Shown in pieces: positions 39,824-49,990 of a DNA stretch of 64,000 bases (its first letter is position 1; every line of letters starts with the position of its first letter). The position numbers and the translations under genes are program-made. This stretch comes from Promethearchaeota archaeon Loki_b32 (GTDB taxonomy: Archaea > Asgardarchaeota > Lokiarchaeia > Sigyniarchaeales > SOKP01), in contig NJBH01000002.1 in NCBI GenBank assembly GCA_005223125.1, forward strand, positions 128,001-192,000. Direction: 5' to 3'. The notes under the pieces were generated by a model. The model had not been told where the DNA came from. It saw only the letters and a list, made by a program, of their open reading frames with translations, and did no database searches.

Positions 39824-41545
39824 ATGATTCAATCGAGGAGAAGAGGAAGAGGCAAAAGTACTAAAAAGGAAATTACAGAAAATGAAAGAAAGATCATAGA
39901 ATTAGCTAAGATTGCATGGACTAAAACTTTAAAGGAATTTTATTTTCCTCCCTTAAATGAACCTAACTATGTATTTGATTATACTCATTTAGAGGGTTTT
40001 TATATTGATCTTGAACATCGATGGCAAATAACAATGAACTTAGCTAATACACCATTATTTAAAGATGATGGTGAATATATTGATTATTTTCATATTATCT
40101 CACTTCATGAGGTTTCTCACTATCAAATAATTCCTTACGATGGTTTAATCAATGCAAAATTACTCAGGGCTGCGATGATGCATGTAAACCAGAATTACGC
40201 ACCTATAATTGTAAATATTTTTGCTGATCTTATAATAGATACAAAATTATATCAAAAATATCCAAATCTCATTACATGGGAAATGGAGGTAACCTATAAA
40301 CATCTTAAAAGTAAGGGACCAATTTGCAACTTGACAAAGTTCCTATTTCGAGCTTATGAAAAAATATGGAATAAAGATATCTTAAATGATGAGTTGCTAA
40401 AAGAAATGGATTCCTTAGCGGAACGAGTTTCTAAAACTATTCTAAAAGATTTTGAAGATGAGTCAACTTGGGAAAAGAAAGTAGCTTTAGTTGCCAAATA
40501 TTTAAATAATTTAATTCAAGATACTTTTACGTTAATAGGAAATAGAGGCATATTGGATAAAAATAAAGAAAAGAGAAAGAGTCCTGGCGGTGCATTTTTG
40601 GAAGTGCCTAAAGATATTTTAGAAGTAATGGATAACCCTTTAGAGAATAAGAATTCAGACAAACTAAAAGAAGGAAATGAAGATGAATTAAGACAAAAAT
40701 CAGAAGAATTTGCTAAAGATGTTCCCTATTCTGAATACGGTGGACCTGCACGTCAGGCAGGGATTTTAATAGATGGGAGTGCATTAGCTGCTTGGTATAG
40801 AGGATCTGCGAAAAATTTAATCGAAATTAAAATATTTGAGGAAAAACCAGGAGGGCAATTACCCGTTTACCCAGAAGTGTGGCGAATTGGAGATAGAATA
40901 GAAGAATTAGATATTGTTCAGAGTTTATTGAATAGCCCCGTAATGATACCTAATATAACTACAAGAAAATGGGCTTACAGAGAGGGAACTGGGCATCTAG
41001 TAGAAAAACAAATCCCTGATCTTTTGATCGTTTTAGATTCATCAGGTTCAATGGGTTGGAATTATACATCTAGATCTGCTAGCGGAAAAGGACCTTATCA
41101 TACAGCTCTAATAGCTGCGTTTGCTTCTTTGCATTTTGCAGCTAGAAAAGGTGCAAAATTCAGTATAATCAATTTTTCAAACAGAGCAGATGTTTGTCAA
41201 TGGACCTCTGATTATAAAAAAGCTGAAAAAGTTTTATTAAGATATCAAGGAGGAGGAACATTTTTACCGATAAAACAAATCGCAAATCAATGCGAAAAAG
41301 CAGATAGAAATGTGCTTGTATTTATCATTACTGATTTTGGTATCTATAATTGGAGCAAAGCTAAAAAAATTATGACAGACTTAGCTCAAAAAGGGCATAA
41401 AATAGTAGGGTTTTTCATAGGGTCAAAGAGAATACCAAAAGATAAATTTAAAAGTCTATTAGATAAGGTCACTTTCTACGGAATAGGGAATGTAAAAGAT
41501 TTAATAGATTTGGTGATAACGGAAGTGAAAAAATACTACTTATAG
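39824..41545 (+). CDS. vWA domain protein with an N-terminal HExxH (metallopeptidase-like) region
   Basis: HEVSH; MIDAS LDSSGSM, GGGT, ITD. Confidence 0.85.
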   Translation: MIQSRRRGRGKSTKKEITENERKIIELAKIAWTKTLKEFYFPPLNEPNYVFDYTHLEGFYIDLEHRWQITMNLANTPLFKDDGEYIDYFHIISLHEVSHYQIIPYDGLINAKLLRAAMMHVNQNYAPIIVNIFADLIIDTKLYQKYPNLITWEMEVTYKHLKSKGPICNLTKFLFRAYEKIWNKDILNDELLKEMDSLAERVSKTILKDFEDESTWEKKVALVAKYLNNLIQDTFTLIGNRGILDKNKEKRKSPGGAFLEVPKDILEVMDNPLENKNSDKLKEGNEDELRQKSEEFAKDVPYSEYGGPARQAGILIDGSALAAWYRGSAKNLIEIKIFEEKPGGQLPVYPEVWRIGDRIEELDIVQSLLNSPVMIPNITTRKWAYREGTGHLVEKQIPDLLIVLDSSGSMGWNYTSRSASGKGPYHTALIAAFASLHFAARKGAKFSIINFSNRADVCQWTSDYKKAEKVLLRYQGGGTFLPIKQIANQCEKADRNVLVFIITDFGIYNWSKAKKIMTDLAQKGHKIVGFFIGSKRIPKDKFKSLLDKVTFYGIGNVKDLIDLVITEVKKYYL

Positions 41546-41552
41546 TTTTGAT

Positions 41553-42664
41553 TTAATCCATTTCTCTCCCTATTTTCATTCCTAATTCAAGGAAGTCTTT
41601 AGGAATATTTTCTCTCTCTAGGTGTTTTAATGATATTATGTTTGCCGGACAATTAACCACACATATACCACATCCCATGCATTTACTATCATCAATTTCT
41701 GGTTTAGTATCACCTAATGATATCGCCTTAAAAATACAATTTGCTTCACATGTTCCACATCTTTCACATAATTTAGAATTTTTGATTTCAGCAATGTAGT
41801 TAGCAGCCGCTACAGAATGTGGTTTGTCCCACATAGTAATCCCTCCTAATGGATTACAACAACTTGAACAACAATTGATAACATAGAATGTGTTCCTTCA
41901 ATAAAATTCTCTGTCGTGTGAACTAGACCTTTTTGATTAAACTCTTTGCACAATCTTTTTGCTTCTTCTTTACTTATTTCATGACCAAGATCTCTTTCAA
42001 TTATAAATTTAGCCATATGATTCATATAAAAACAAGTTTCTAACGGAAATTTTTCCTTACAATCTCTAATTCCTAAAGTTTCTGTACGAGTTTTACAAGC
42101 ACATTTAGTAATAGCTATTATTTTCGCATCATCGATAATTCTTGAAACATTTTCATAGGGCAATATCATCTTCGTTGACTCAATTGATTTTTGAACAGGT
42201 ATCACTCGAAGAGTAGGCGTTTCAGGTGATCCACTATAAACTTTGTACCAATCATCATCAACCATATTTTTAAAACTCAATTCTGCTAATTTTTTTGCCT
42301 TTTCTTTTGGATATTTGTGGTAGCTTAATGGAGGAAAACTATGAAGGAGAGGTGTTATGTGAATCGCATATTTTGGATCTTTTGAACCTATTTTTGTTAC
42401 ACAATTTTGACGTATTAATCTCTCTAAAATTTGTTGGGCTTCATCTTCACTTTTTTGAATTTTTTTTGCATATCGTTTTAGTGGAAGAAAATTAGTGACC
42501 ACGTTTAATTTATTTAAATATTTCACATCTTCAGAGTCAATTAACACTTTCAAGTAATCAATCCAACCATTAGGAATTTTACCTTTTTGTCCTGCTGGTG
42601 ATAATCTGGGTACTGAAGTATCTAATTTTTTTACTAGGATTTCATAAGGATCTTCACTTAACAA
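41553..42664 (-). pseudogene. 4Fe-4S binding protein split by a 1-bp frameshift
   Basis: ORFs 41846-42664 and 41553-41834 join into ..SML(C)NCCSSCCNPLGGITMWDKP.. if one G is restored between 41878 and 41877; matches the paralog at 43315. Confidence 0.8.
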
Positions 42665-42806
42665 GAAACCACCTTTTCATTTCTAAATTTAAAAGGATTA
42701 TAATTAATTGTATTTATCTTTATTTAAGACTTTTTTAAAATTATATAAAAAAGAGGAAATGAACCCGAAAAAGAAAAAACTTTATTAACTTGATGTAATG
42801 AATGAT

Positions 42807-43073
42807 TTATTTAGGTTTGTTAATTTCTCGTAAATATTGCTTCATGAAATATCGCTGGGATTGACAATAAAGTAACTTATCTTTAGGTGTTAGATGTTTG
42901 CATTTCTGTAAGACATTCTGAATATCTGTAAGCAGCTTAAAATTATCATATTTCGTTTTTTGTGATATATCCACAACTTCTTTATCAATTGGGGTAATAT
43001 TGACTTCTTTTTCATAGAATAACTCTCTAAGATTTAGAACTGGTTCTGAGTCTTCTATATTTGAAATCATCAT
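42807..43073 (-). CDS. Hypothetical protein
   Basis: 88-aa ATG ORF only. Confidence 0.5.
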   Translation of the reverse strand: MMISNIEDSEPVLNLRELFYEKEVNITPIDKEVVDISQKTKYDNFKLLTDIQNVLQKCKHLTPKDKLLYCQSQRYFMKQYLREINKPK

Positions 43074-43314
43074 TTTTTTTCATTCGATTTTGAATTTTTT
43101 TTAAGATTCATTCACATTATTATGAACATCTCTATAATAGCAGAGAGATATCTACATATATATTAAAAACATATGATCAGATCTTTTTTGAAACTAAGTG
43201 ATATCTAGGTAATATCTTCAAGAATTTGACATTTTTTTTAAAATTTGAGAAATAATGATAATATTAATAATTAAGATAGAATAATAGAATTAAAGACAGT
43301 TAAGGAGTTTTTAG

Positions 43315-44433
43315 ATGAAATTAGAGGATATGAAAATTTATAGAAAATTGCAAGAACATCTTGATAAATTACCAATTGGGTTTCCTCCTACAAAATCTGG
43401 AGTCGAATTAAAATTATTACAATATCTTTTTACACCCAAAGAAGCAAAAGTTGCTACTAAACTAAGTTTCACTTATGAAACCTTAAGTACTATTTATGAA
43501 CGAATAGACGATCCTCATATGTTAATTGAAGAATTAGAAGAAATTTTAGAAAATAGTATAAAAAAGGGGAGTATTCATTATAAAAGAAAAGGAGAAGAGA
43601 AACTTTATGCTAATGCAATGTTAATCATAGGTATATTTGAGTATCAAGTTAATAGGCTTACAATGGAGTTTATGGATTTAATGAAACAATATGGACAGGA
43701 AATGTTTGATGCTGAGTTATTTCGCACTAAAATATCCCAAACTCGTGTTGTACCAGTGGAGAAAAGTATATCTCATGAAAATTTTGTAGCACCTTATAAT
43801 GACGTAAGGAGATTAATTCAAGATGCAGAGAATCCTATTGCTGTCACTAATTGTGTATGTCGCCAAAAACAGGATGTTCGAAGAGAAAGGGATCCATGTA
43901 AACTTACAAATAGGTATGAGACTTGTATTGGATTTGGGCATAGTGCGCAATTGTATATCGACCAAGGGTGGGCTCGTGAAATAACGAAAGAAGAAGCCCT
44001 GAATATTTTAGATAAAAATGAAGAAACGGGCTTAGTACTCCAGTTTGGTAATGCTCAACGTCCTGGCTTTATATGCAGTTGCTGTGGATGCTGTTGTGGA
44101 TTATTGAGAGATTTTAAAAAAATAAACAATCCAGCAAGACTTATGAAAACTAATTATTATGTTGAGATTGACTCTGATTTATGTGTTGGTTGTGGAATAT
44201 GTGTAGATCGATGTCAAATGGGCGCTTTAACTCTCATTGATAATATCTCAACTGTTAATCGAAAAAAATGCTTAGGGTGCGGTCTCTGCGTTGTAACTTG
44301 TTCTGCAGAAGCAATTGAATTAAAGAATAAGAAAAAAGAAATAAATCCTCCAGAATCAACTGATGATTTAAATGCTATGATTCTAAATAAAAAAAAAGAA
44401 TTAATAGAGAAATACAACAAATCAAAAAGGTAG
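43315..44433 (+). CDS. 4Fe-4S dicluster protein
   Basis: CVCR..C..ETC, ICSCCGCCC, CVGCGICVDRC, CLGCGLCVVTC. Confidence 0.9.
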   Translation: MKLEDMKIYRKLQEHLDKLPIGFPPTKSGVELKLLQYLFTPKEAKVATKLSFTYETLSTIYERIDDPHMLIEELEEILENSIKKGSIHYKRKGEEKLYANAMLIIGIFEYQVNRLTMEFMDLMKQYGQEMFDAELFRTKISQTRVVPVEKSISHENFVAPYNDVRRLIQDAENPIAVTNCVCRQKQDVRRERDPCKLTNRYETCIGFGHSAQLYIDQGWAREITKEEALNILDKNEETGLVLQFGNAQRPGFICSCCGCCCGLLRDFKKINNPARLMKTNYYVEIDSDLCVGCGICVDRCQMGALTLIDNISTVNRKKCLGCGLCVVTCSAEAIELKNKKKEINPPESTDDLNAMILNKKKELIEKYNKSKR

Positions 44434-44445
44434 ATTGAAGAAAAA

Positions 44446-44973
44446 TTAGAGCACTGTAAGTAGGCTATCAATATCAAGCCAACCTTTTAAAGCGTGAATT
44501 ATTTTTCTTTGTTCATCTACAACGAATTGTCCCGGTCCTTGCTTTTCCCAACCTTCATATTCTCCATGTTCAATACCTAATTTCGTCGCTTCTTTCAATT
44601 TAGATCTCACTTTAGTGAACGCTCCAGCAGTCATCAATCCAAGTCCATATTCCTTATATAATTCATCTTTAGAACTTGGAATAACAGGAAAATCAATATT
44701 TTCTTTTTGAATATATTCATGTGCTACTTTTTCACCTGATTGAGTAATGTATAAGATCTTTGCTCCCTTGTCTTCAATCTCCGACTTTCGCTTCATTAAA
44801 ATGGAGAGATCCAACAAACATATAGGGCATCCAAAGTATCTTGAAAATATTAAAACAACTTTCTGTCCTTTAAATTCTGCTAAATCGACTGAACCGGTAT
44901 TGTAAGAATCCAATTTAAATAAAGGGGCTTCATCTCCTTCTTTTAAGTCATTCTTTCCCATAATTTCCCACAT
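44446..44973 (-). CDS. AhpC/TSA redoxin-family protein
   Basis: GDEAPLF, RYFGCPIC. Confidence 0.85.
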   Translation of the reverse strand: MWEIMGKNDLKEGDEAPLFKLDSYNTGSVDLAEFKGQKVVLIFSRYFGCPICLLDLSILMKRKSEIEDKGAKILYITQSGEKVAHEYIQKENIDFPVIPSSKDELYKEYGLGLMTAGAFTKVRSKLKEATKLGIEHGEYEGWEKQGPGQFVVDEQRKIIHALKGWLDIDSLLTVL

Positions 44974-45154
44974 CTCTTAATTTATATATATATTTCAAAT
45001 TATTGGTTTCATAAAAGATTTATAATAAAATTTAGAGCGATAAAATTTCTTAATTAATTATAATCAATTAATTTTAATAATGTAAGCTCAATAAATAACA
45101 TAAGAAGAAATTACAATATAATCAAAATTACAATTTAAATTAAAATCGATATAA

Positions 45155-45958
45155 TTGGTGAAAATTATGGTAAAAAAGGAATATGTTTGTGAGAAAGGTA
45201 AGAAATCCAGTATTATTATTGATGATTTGACAGTTGAAATTAAAGAAGGAGCAACCTTCGTTTTAGGTTTTGCCGGAATTGGCCTAATAGGTCCTATTGT
45301 TGCTAATACACTTATTGAACAACTTACAGATATAAAAGAAATAGGTTTTATTACTTCAGAGTATCTCCCCCCTATCTCAGTCTTTTATGCAGGTGTTTTA
45401 AAGCATCCCTTCAGATTGCTTTATTCTCTAAAAAATAACTTGATTGTTGGTATTTGTGAGGTACCATTTCAGATTCCAAATGCTTACAACGACCTAAGTA
45501 AAACAATTTGTAATTGGGCTTTATCTGAGGATGTTAAAGCAAAAGAAATCGTGATTTTTCAAGGAATCCCCCAGAGAGGTATAATTGATGAATATCCAGT
45601 TTATTATGCTGCTGAAGAAGTGATGATGGACCATCTTGAAAAATTCGGGATTACAAAAGTTGAGAAAGGGATCATCGTGGGTCCTGAAGCGACCGTTTTA
45701 AATGAAGCACTAACTAATAAATTACATGCTTATGCATTATTTACTCCTGTATTAGAAATCCCTACTCCAGAAGGGGCTGCCAGTATTTTAGAAGTACTAA
45801 ATAAAATGTATGAATTAACAATTGACACAGCATCTCTTATCGAACAAGGAAAGGAAATTAAGTCTAAAATGCTAGAATTAGCCCAGAAAGCTCAACAATA
45901 TCAAAAACAACAACAATTACCCGGAACTGGCAAAGAATACACAGGCTATTTCCAATAG
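45155..45958 (+). CDS. Proteasome assembly chaperone PAC2 family protein
   Basis: GFAGIGLIG, PFRL, GIIVGP, PTPEGAA; C-terminal YFQ; likely start at ATG 45167. Confidence 0.82.
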   Translation: MVKIMVKKEYVCEKGKKSSIIIDDLTVEIKEGATFVLGFAGIGLIGPIVANTLIEQLTDIKEIGFITSEYLPPISVFYAGVLKHPFRLLYSLKNNLIVGICEVPFQIPNAYNDLSKTICNWALSEDVKAKEIVIFQGIPQRGIIDEYPVYYAAEEVMMDHLEKFGITKVEKGIIVGPEATVLNEALTNKLHAYALFTPVLEIPTPEGAASILEVLNKMYELTIDTASLIEQGKEIKSKMLELAQKAQQYQKQQQLPGTGKEYTGYFQ

Positions 45959-46159
45959 AATAGATAATTATTGTATTTATTTTTAAATTCTCTAACTACT
46001 TTTTTATTAATTTTTATACTAGTATAAAAGAAACAATTAAATCTCACTCGTCTATAAAAATTGATAATCTATTAAAATTACATTTATAATTCACCTTTAT
46101 TTAGATAAATTGAATCAAAATATAGCAAAGGATAATAATTGTATCTGAGGTAATTTACA

Positions 46160-46600
46160 ATTAAAGAAAAATTTGTACCTGTTCAAATTAATCAAGAATT
46201 ATGTCTAAGATGTGAGCGATGTCTTCGAGCATGTAAAGCTAAAGCAATATATTTCGAACATGGAATTAGAAAAGTTGATTACACTAAATGTAAAGCTTGT
46301 TTAAGTTGCGTTCAAGTATGTCCAAGGAATGCAATAGAGGTAACTTCTATAACAAGTCCAGATCAAATTATTAGTATCAAAATAGATCATGAGAAATGTA
46401 ATATGTGCGAGCAGTGTCTAGATGAGAATGGAAAATTCTCTCCTAAAAATCTTTTTTATAAAGATATCGTGAAAAAAGTAGGAAGAGAGGAAGAAGGAAT
46501 CAGGTATAAGTTTAGGGAAATTGTAAAATGTCAAGGATGCTTAAAGTGTGAATTATCTTGTCCAGAAGGAGCTATTAAGCCCGTGAAACTTGAAAATTAA
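46160..46600 (+). CDS. Polyferredoxin (4Fe-4S), longer than the ORF-track call
   Basis: Frame is open from TAA 46151; ATT 46160 after GAGGTA adds CLRCERCLRAC and CKACLSCVQVCP upstream of CNMCEQC and CQGCLKCELSCP. Confidence 0.85.
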   Translation: MKEKFVPVQINQELCLRCERCLRACKAKAIYFEHGIRKVDYTKCKACLSCVQVCPRNAIEVTSITSPDQIISIKIDHEKCNMCEQCLDENGKFSPKNLFYKDIVKKVGREEEGIRYKFREIVKCQGCLKCELSCPEGAIKPVKLEN

Positions 46601-46615
46601 ATCCATAATGGAAAT

Positions 46616-47167
46616 TTAGCTTTTCTCTTTAATTTTTTGTAATATAAGTTGCTTAATCTCAGAAAATTTTGAAATTACAACAATCCCTTCCATTTGTTTT
46701 AATTTTTTAATATTTTCAAGCTCAATATCTCTTATCTTTAAAACTAAGGTGGAGCCATTGGGCCGAGAAGTTACAATAGGCTCAGTATCTTGATCAGATG
46801 GAAAAATATAGACTGTCTGCCCACCTTTAATGGCTTGAGCTACACAATTTGTTATTAAAGTGTCAGCAATACCACAAACAATTTTAGCTACACTATTAGC
46901 AGAAACAGGACAGGCTAAAAACAGATCGTAATTTCCAAGTTGTAGAGGTCCTGCATAAAATGGAATATTAGGAGTTTTTTCTACTTTGACCTTTTTAACG
47001 GTTTCAGTCAATAGGAGCCATTTCTTATACCATTTAACAACTGCAGCGCCCTCTTTAGATAAAATTACAGTTATATCGATGTCATAATTATCTTGTAATT
47101 CTTTCATTAAATCAATTGATTCTCGCATTAAATACCCAGTTCCTGTTATACCCCAAATAAGTTTCAT
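46616..47167 (-). CDS. Archaeal flavoprotein (AfpA/HFCD family)
   Basis: MKLIWGITGTG, PVSANSVAKIVCGIADTLITN; start placed at the second Met. Confidence 0.85.
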   Translation of the reverse strand: MKLIWGITGTGYLMRESIDLMKELQDNYDIDITVILSKEGAAVVKWYKKWLLLTETVKKVKVEKTPNIPFYAGPLQLGNYDLFLACPVSANSVAKIVCGIADTLITNCVAQAIKGGQTVYIFPSDQDTEPIVTSRPNGSTLVLKIRDIELENIKKLKQMEGIVVISKFSEIKQLILQKIKEKS

Positions 47168-47177
47168 ATCCTTCTGA

Positions 47178-47690
47178 TCACCGTTCTTCTTCATATAATC
47201 TTGGCAAAAATTCAGTAAAATATCCTATTTCTTCGATATTATGCTTTTTCAAATCTTCAATGAATGAATTTGGGACTTGAGCAGGTAAACGAAATGTTGA
47301 TCGTAAGAAGGTTCCATTAGGAATTGATTGATATTCATGTAAAATCCAACTAATAGGGTTATCTTTATTATTTAAAACACTTGCTGCATTTTTATGGTTA
47401 AACTCAGCCTTTATAGGTATTGAGTCAGGATTTTCCCATCGAATTCTTAATGTTGTTGGTCTTCCTTCGATTATTTCAACAACACGATGTATTGCTCCCA
47501 TATGGCCCTTCGCACTTTCAGGAGAGACTTCCCATTCAAATGATTTATGGTCTTTAGGATGCCATAATCTATAGCGTTCTGAATTATCAATATGATCCCA
47601 CCACCAATCAATCATTTCAGGAGAAACTCTAGAGAGTTCATGTTCTACGATTAGATCAATAGTTTCATTATTTGATTTTTTTTTATTCAT
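47178..47690 (-). CDS. DAPG hydrolase (PhlG)-like Bet v1-fold protein
   Basis: SPEMIDWWW..RYRLWHPKDH..LRSTF..HNIEE. Confidence 0.75.
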   Translation of the reverse strand: MNKKKSNNETIDLIVEHELSRVSPEMIDWWWDHIDNSERYRLWHPKDHKSFEWEVSPESAKGHMGAIHRVVEIIEGRPTTLRIRWENPDSIPIKAEFNHKNAASVLNNKDNPISWILHEYQSIPNGTFLRSTFRLPAQVPNSFIEDLKKHNIEEIGYFTEFLPRLYEEER

Positions 47691-47843
47691 TTTTATTATT
47701 CGATTAGCGATTTTAGAAGTTAAAATTATTCCTAATTTATGAAAAATTAGCCTTATTTATAAAATCTAATGAAAAGAATTAATAATTTAAGCATGATAAT
47801 TATTTAATTAGGATATTCTAATATTATAATTTTTAGATTTAAT

Positions 47844-49067
47844 ATGAATGATTCGAAATATATTTACCTTGATAATGCTGCAACAACTCCAATGGACCCC
47901 CGAGTTATAGAGGAGGTAAATAAACATTTTAAAGAAACCTATGGAAATACCTCAAGCCTACACTCAGTGGGACAAAAAGCGGGGCAAGTATTGTTGAAAT
48001 CTCGTGAAATAATTGCTTCATTAATCAATGCTCATAGAGATGATATTTTCTTTACCTCTTCAGGAACAGAAGCGGATAATATGGCGATTTTTGGAGTTGT
48101 TTCAAGAAATAAAAAAAGAGGAAATCATATAATTACAACTTCAATTGAGCACCATGCAGTAGAAAACCCATATAAAGAATCAGAGAAAACTGGAATTGAA
48201 GTTACTTTTCTACCGGTCGATAAATATGGTTTAATTGAAATTAAAGACTTAGAGAATGCCATTACTGACAAAACCATATTAATTAGTATTATGTTTGCCA
48301 ATAATGAAATTGGGACAATTGAGCCAATAAAAGAGATTGGAGCTATTGCGAAAAAACATGATATTATTTTTCACACCGATGCAGTTCAAGCTTTCGGAAA
48401 AGTTCCAATTGATGTAAATGAAATGAATATTGATCTGTTATCCGCTTCAGCTCATAAACTTTATGGCCCAAAAGGAGTAGGGATGCTATATATTCGCAAT
48501 AAAGGTGTAAGAGAAGGATGGGGTAAATTTATGGACCCTCTTATGTATGGTGGTGGTCATGAAAGAGATATGAGACCAAGTACGGTAAATGTTCCCGGAA
48601 TAGCGGGTTTTGCAAAAGCAGTAGAACTTGCTAAAGAAGAAATGGAAGAGGAATCTCTAAGACATATAAAATTAAGAGACAAAATTATAAAATGGGTAAC
48701 AGAAAACATTGAAGATACATATTTGAATGGACATCCTACTCAAAGACTCCCAAATAACGTAAACCTCGGATTTAAATATATTGAAGGTGAATCAATTGTA
48801 TTAGATTTAGATATGGAAGGAATAGCTACTTCAACGGGATCGGCTTGTTCTTCAAAAACCCTAGATCCTTCACATGTACTATTAGCAATCGGATTAAAAC
48901 CAGAAGAAGCGCATGGTTCATTGAGAGTTTCTTTAGGAAGATTTACAACTGATGAAGATATTGATTATTTCCTTGAAAAATTGCCCCCAATAATAGAGAG
49001 ACTTAGAAAAATGTCACCTCTTAAAAAGGGTGTAAAGTATATGTTTAATAATAAGGAACATAAATAA
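47844..49067 (+). CDS. iscS: Cysteine desulfurase (IscS/NifS)
   Basis: YLDNAATT, SAHKLYGPKG, STGSACSS. Confidence 0.95.
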   Translation: MNDSKYIYLDNAATTPMDPRVIEEVNKHFKETYGNTSSLHSVGQKAGQVLLKSREIIASLINAHRDDIFFTSSGTEADNMAIFGVVSRNKKRGNHIITTSIEHHAVENPYKESEKTGIEVTFLPVDKYGLIEIKDLENAITDKTILISIMFANNEIGTIEPIKEIGAIAKKHDIIFHTDAVQAFGKVPIDVNEMNIDLLSASAHKLYGPKGVGMLYIRNKGVREGWGKFMDPLMYGGGHERDMRPSTVNVPGIAGFAKAVELAKEEMEEESLRHIKLRDKIIKWVTENIEDTYLNGHPTQRLPNNVNLGFKYIEGESIVLDLDMEGIATSTGSACSSKTLDPSHVLLAIGLKPEEAHGSLRVSLGRFTTDEDIDYFLEKLPPIIERLRKMSPLKKGVKYMFNNKEHK

Positions 49068-49248
49068 CATCCTCATTAAGATTCATTTATTTGCTTAAGA
49101 GGAATTATCCCCGGTTTATTTTGATTCGTATTTCCTAATCCAAAATATAATTTTGTTATAAGTTTAATATAAGAAATTAATTTTTATTTTTTATATCAAA
49201 CACAATTATTAATAATTTTTAATTTATGTAAAAGGTTAGATTTTACTT

Positions 49249-49911
49249 ATGGACGATCAAAAAAAGCTCGCAATTGTAATATTAATAGGCGGAAAAAACA
49301 TCCGCTTTGGAAACGAATCTGCTGCTGTTTTAGATGTACTCGGAAAACCGCTAATTTTACACCAAATAGAAACGCTTTCTAAATTTGACGAAGATGTTTT
49401 TTTGGTTGCTAACTCAGAATATCAGATTAATTCCTATTATAGGGAGATTAATTTTCCAAGAGACATTAACTTCATCGTTGATGATACAGAAATTATCGGG
49501 GAATCTGATGTAAGAACTCCAATGTTAGGTATATATTCTGGTTTCAAAGAACTAAATATTTTAGGTTTTGAAAAGGGCTTTCTATTATCGGGCGATATGC
49601 CTTTAATCAAACCTGAAGTGATCGAATTATTGATTAAAGAAGTCGAAGGATACGATTGTTGTATTCCAAGATGGAATAATGGATTTTTGGAGCCATTATT
49701 CGCTATCTATCCTGTTGAAAAAACGTATGAACTTGCGAAAAAAACAATTCAAGAAAAAAATTATTCTTTAAATAGTATAATCGATAAAACTTGGAACATA
49801 AATTACATATCAGTTGAAGAATCGATAAAACCGTTAGATCAAAATTTAATCGGCTTAATAAACATAAACGGACCAATCGATCTTGAGAAAGTAATCAAAT
49901 TATACCAGTAA
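49249..49911 (+). CDS. mobA: MobA-like molybdenum cofactor guanylyltransferase/NTP transferase
   Basis: ILIGGKNIRFG, GDMP, EPLFAIY, NINGPIDL. Confidence 0.75.
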   Translation: MDDQKKLAIVILIGGKNIRFGNESAAVLDVLGKPLILHQIETLSKFDEDVFLVANSEYQINSYYREINFPRDINFIVDDTEIIGESDVRTPMLGIYSGFKELNILGFEKGFLLSGDMPLIKPEVIELLIKEVEGYDCCIPRWNNGFLEPLFAIYPVEKTYELAKKTIQEKNYSLNSIIDKTWNINYISVEESIKPLDQNLIGLININGPIDLEKVIKLYQ

Positions 49912-49990
49912 CTTTAATTTTTTCTTATTATCATTCTCTATTTTTTTTGCATCTTAATTTTTCTCAATAAACCTTATACTCTAAAAAAAA

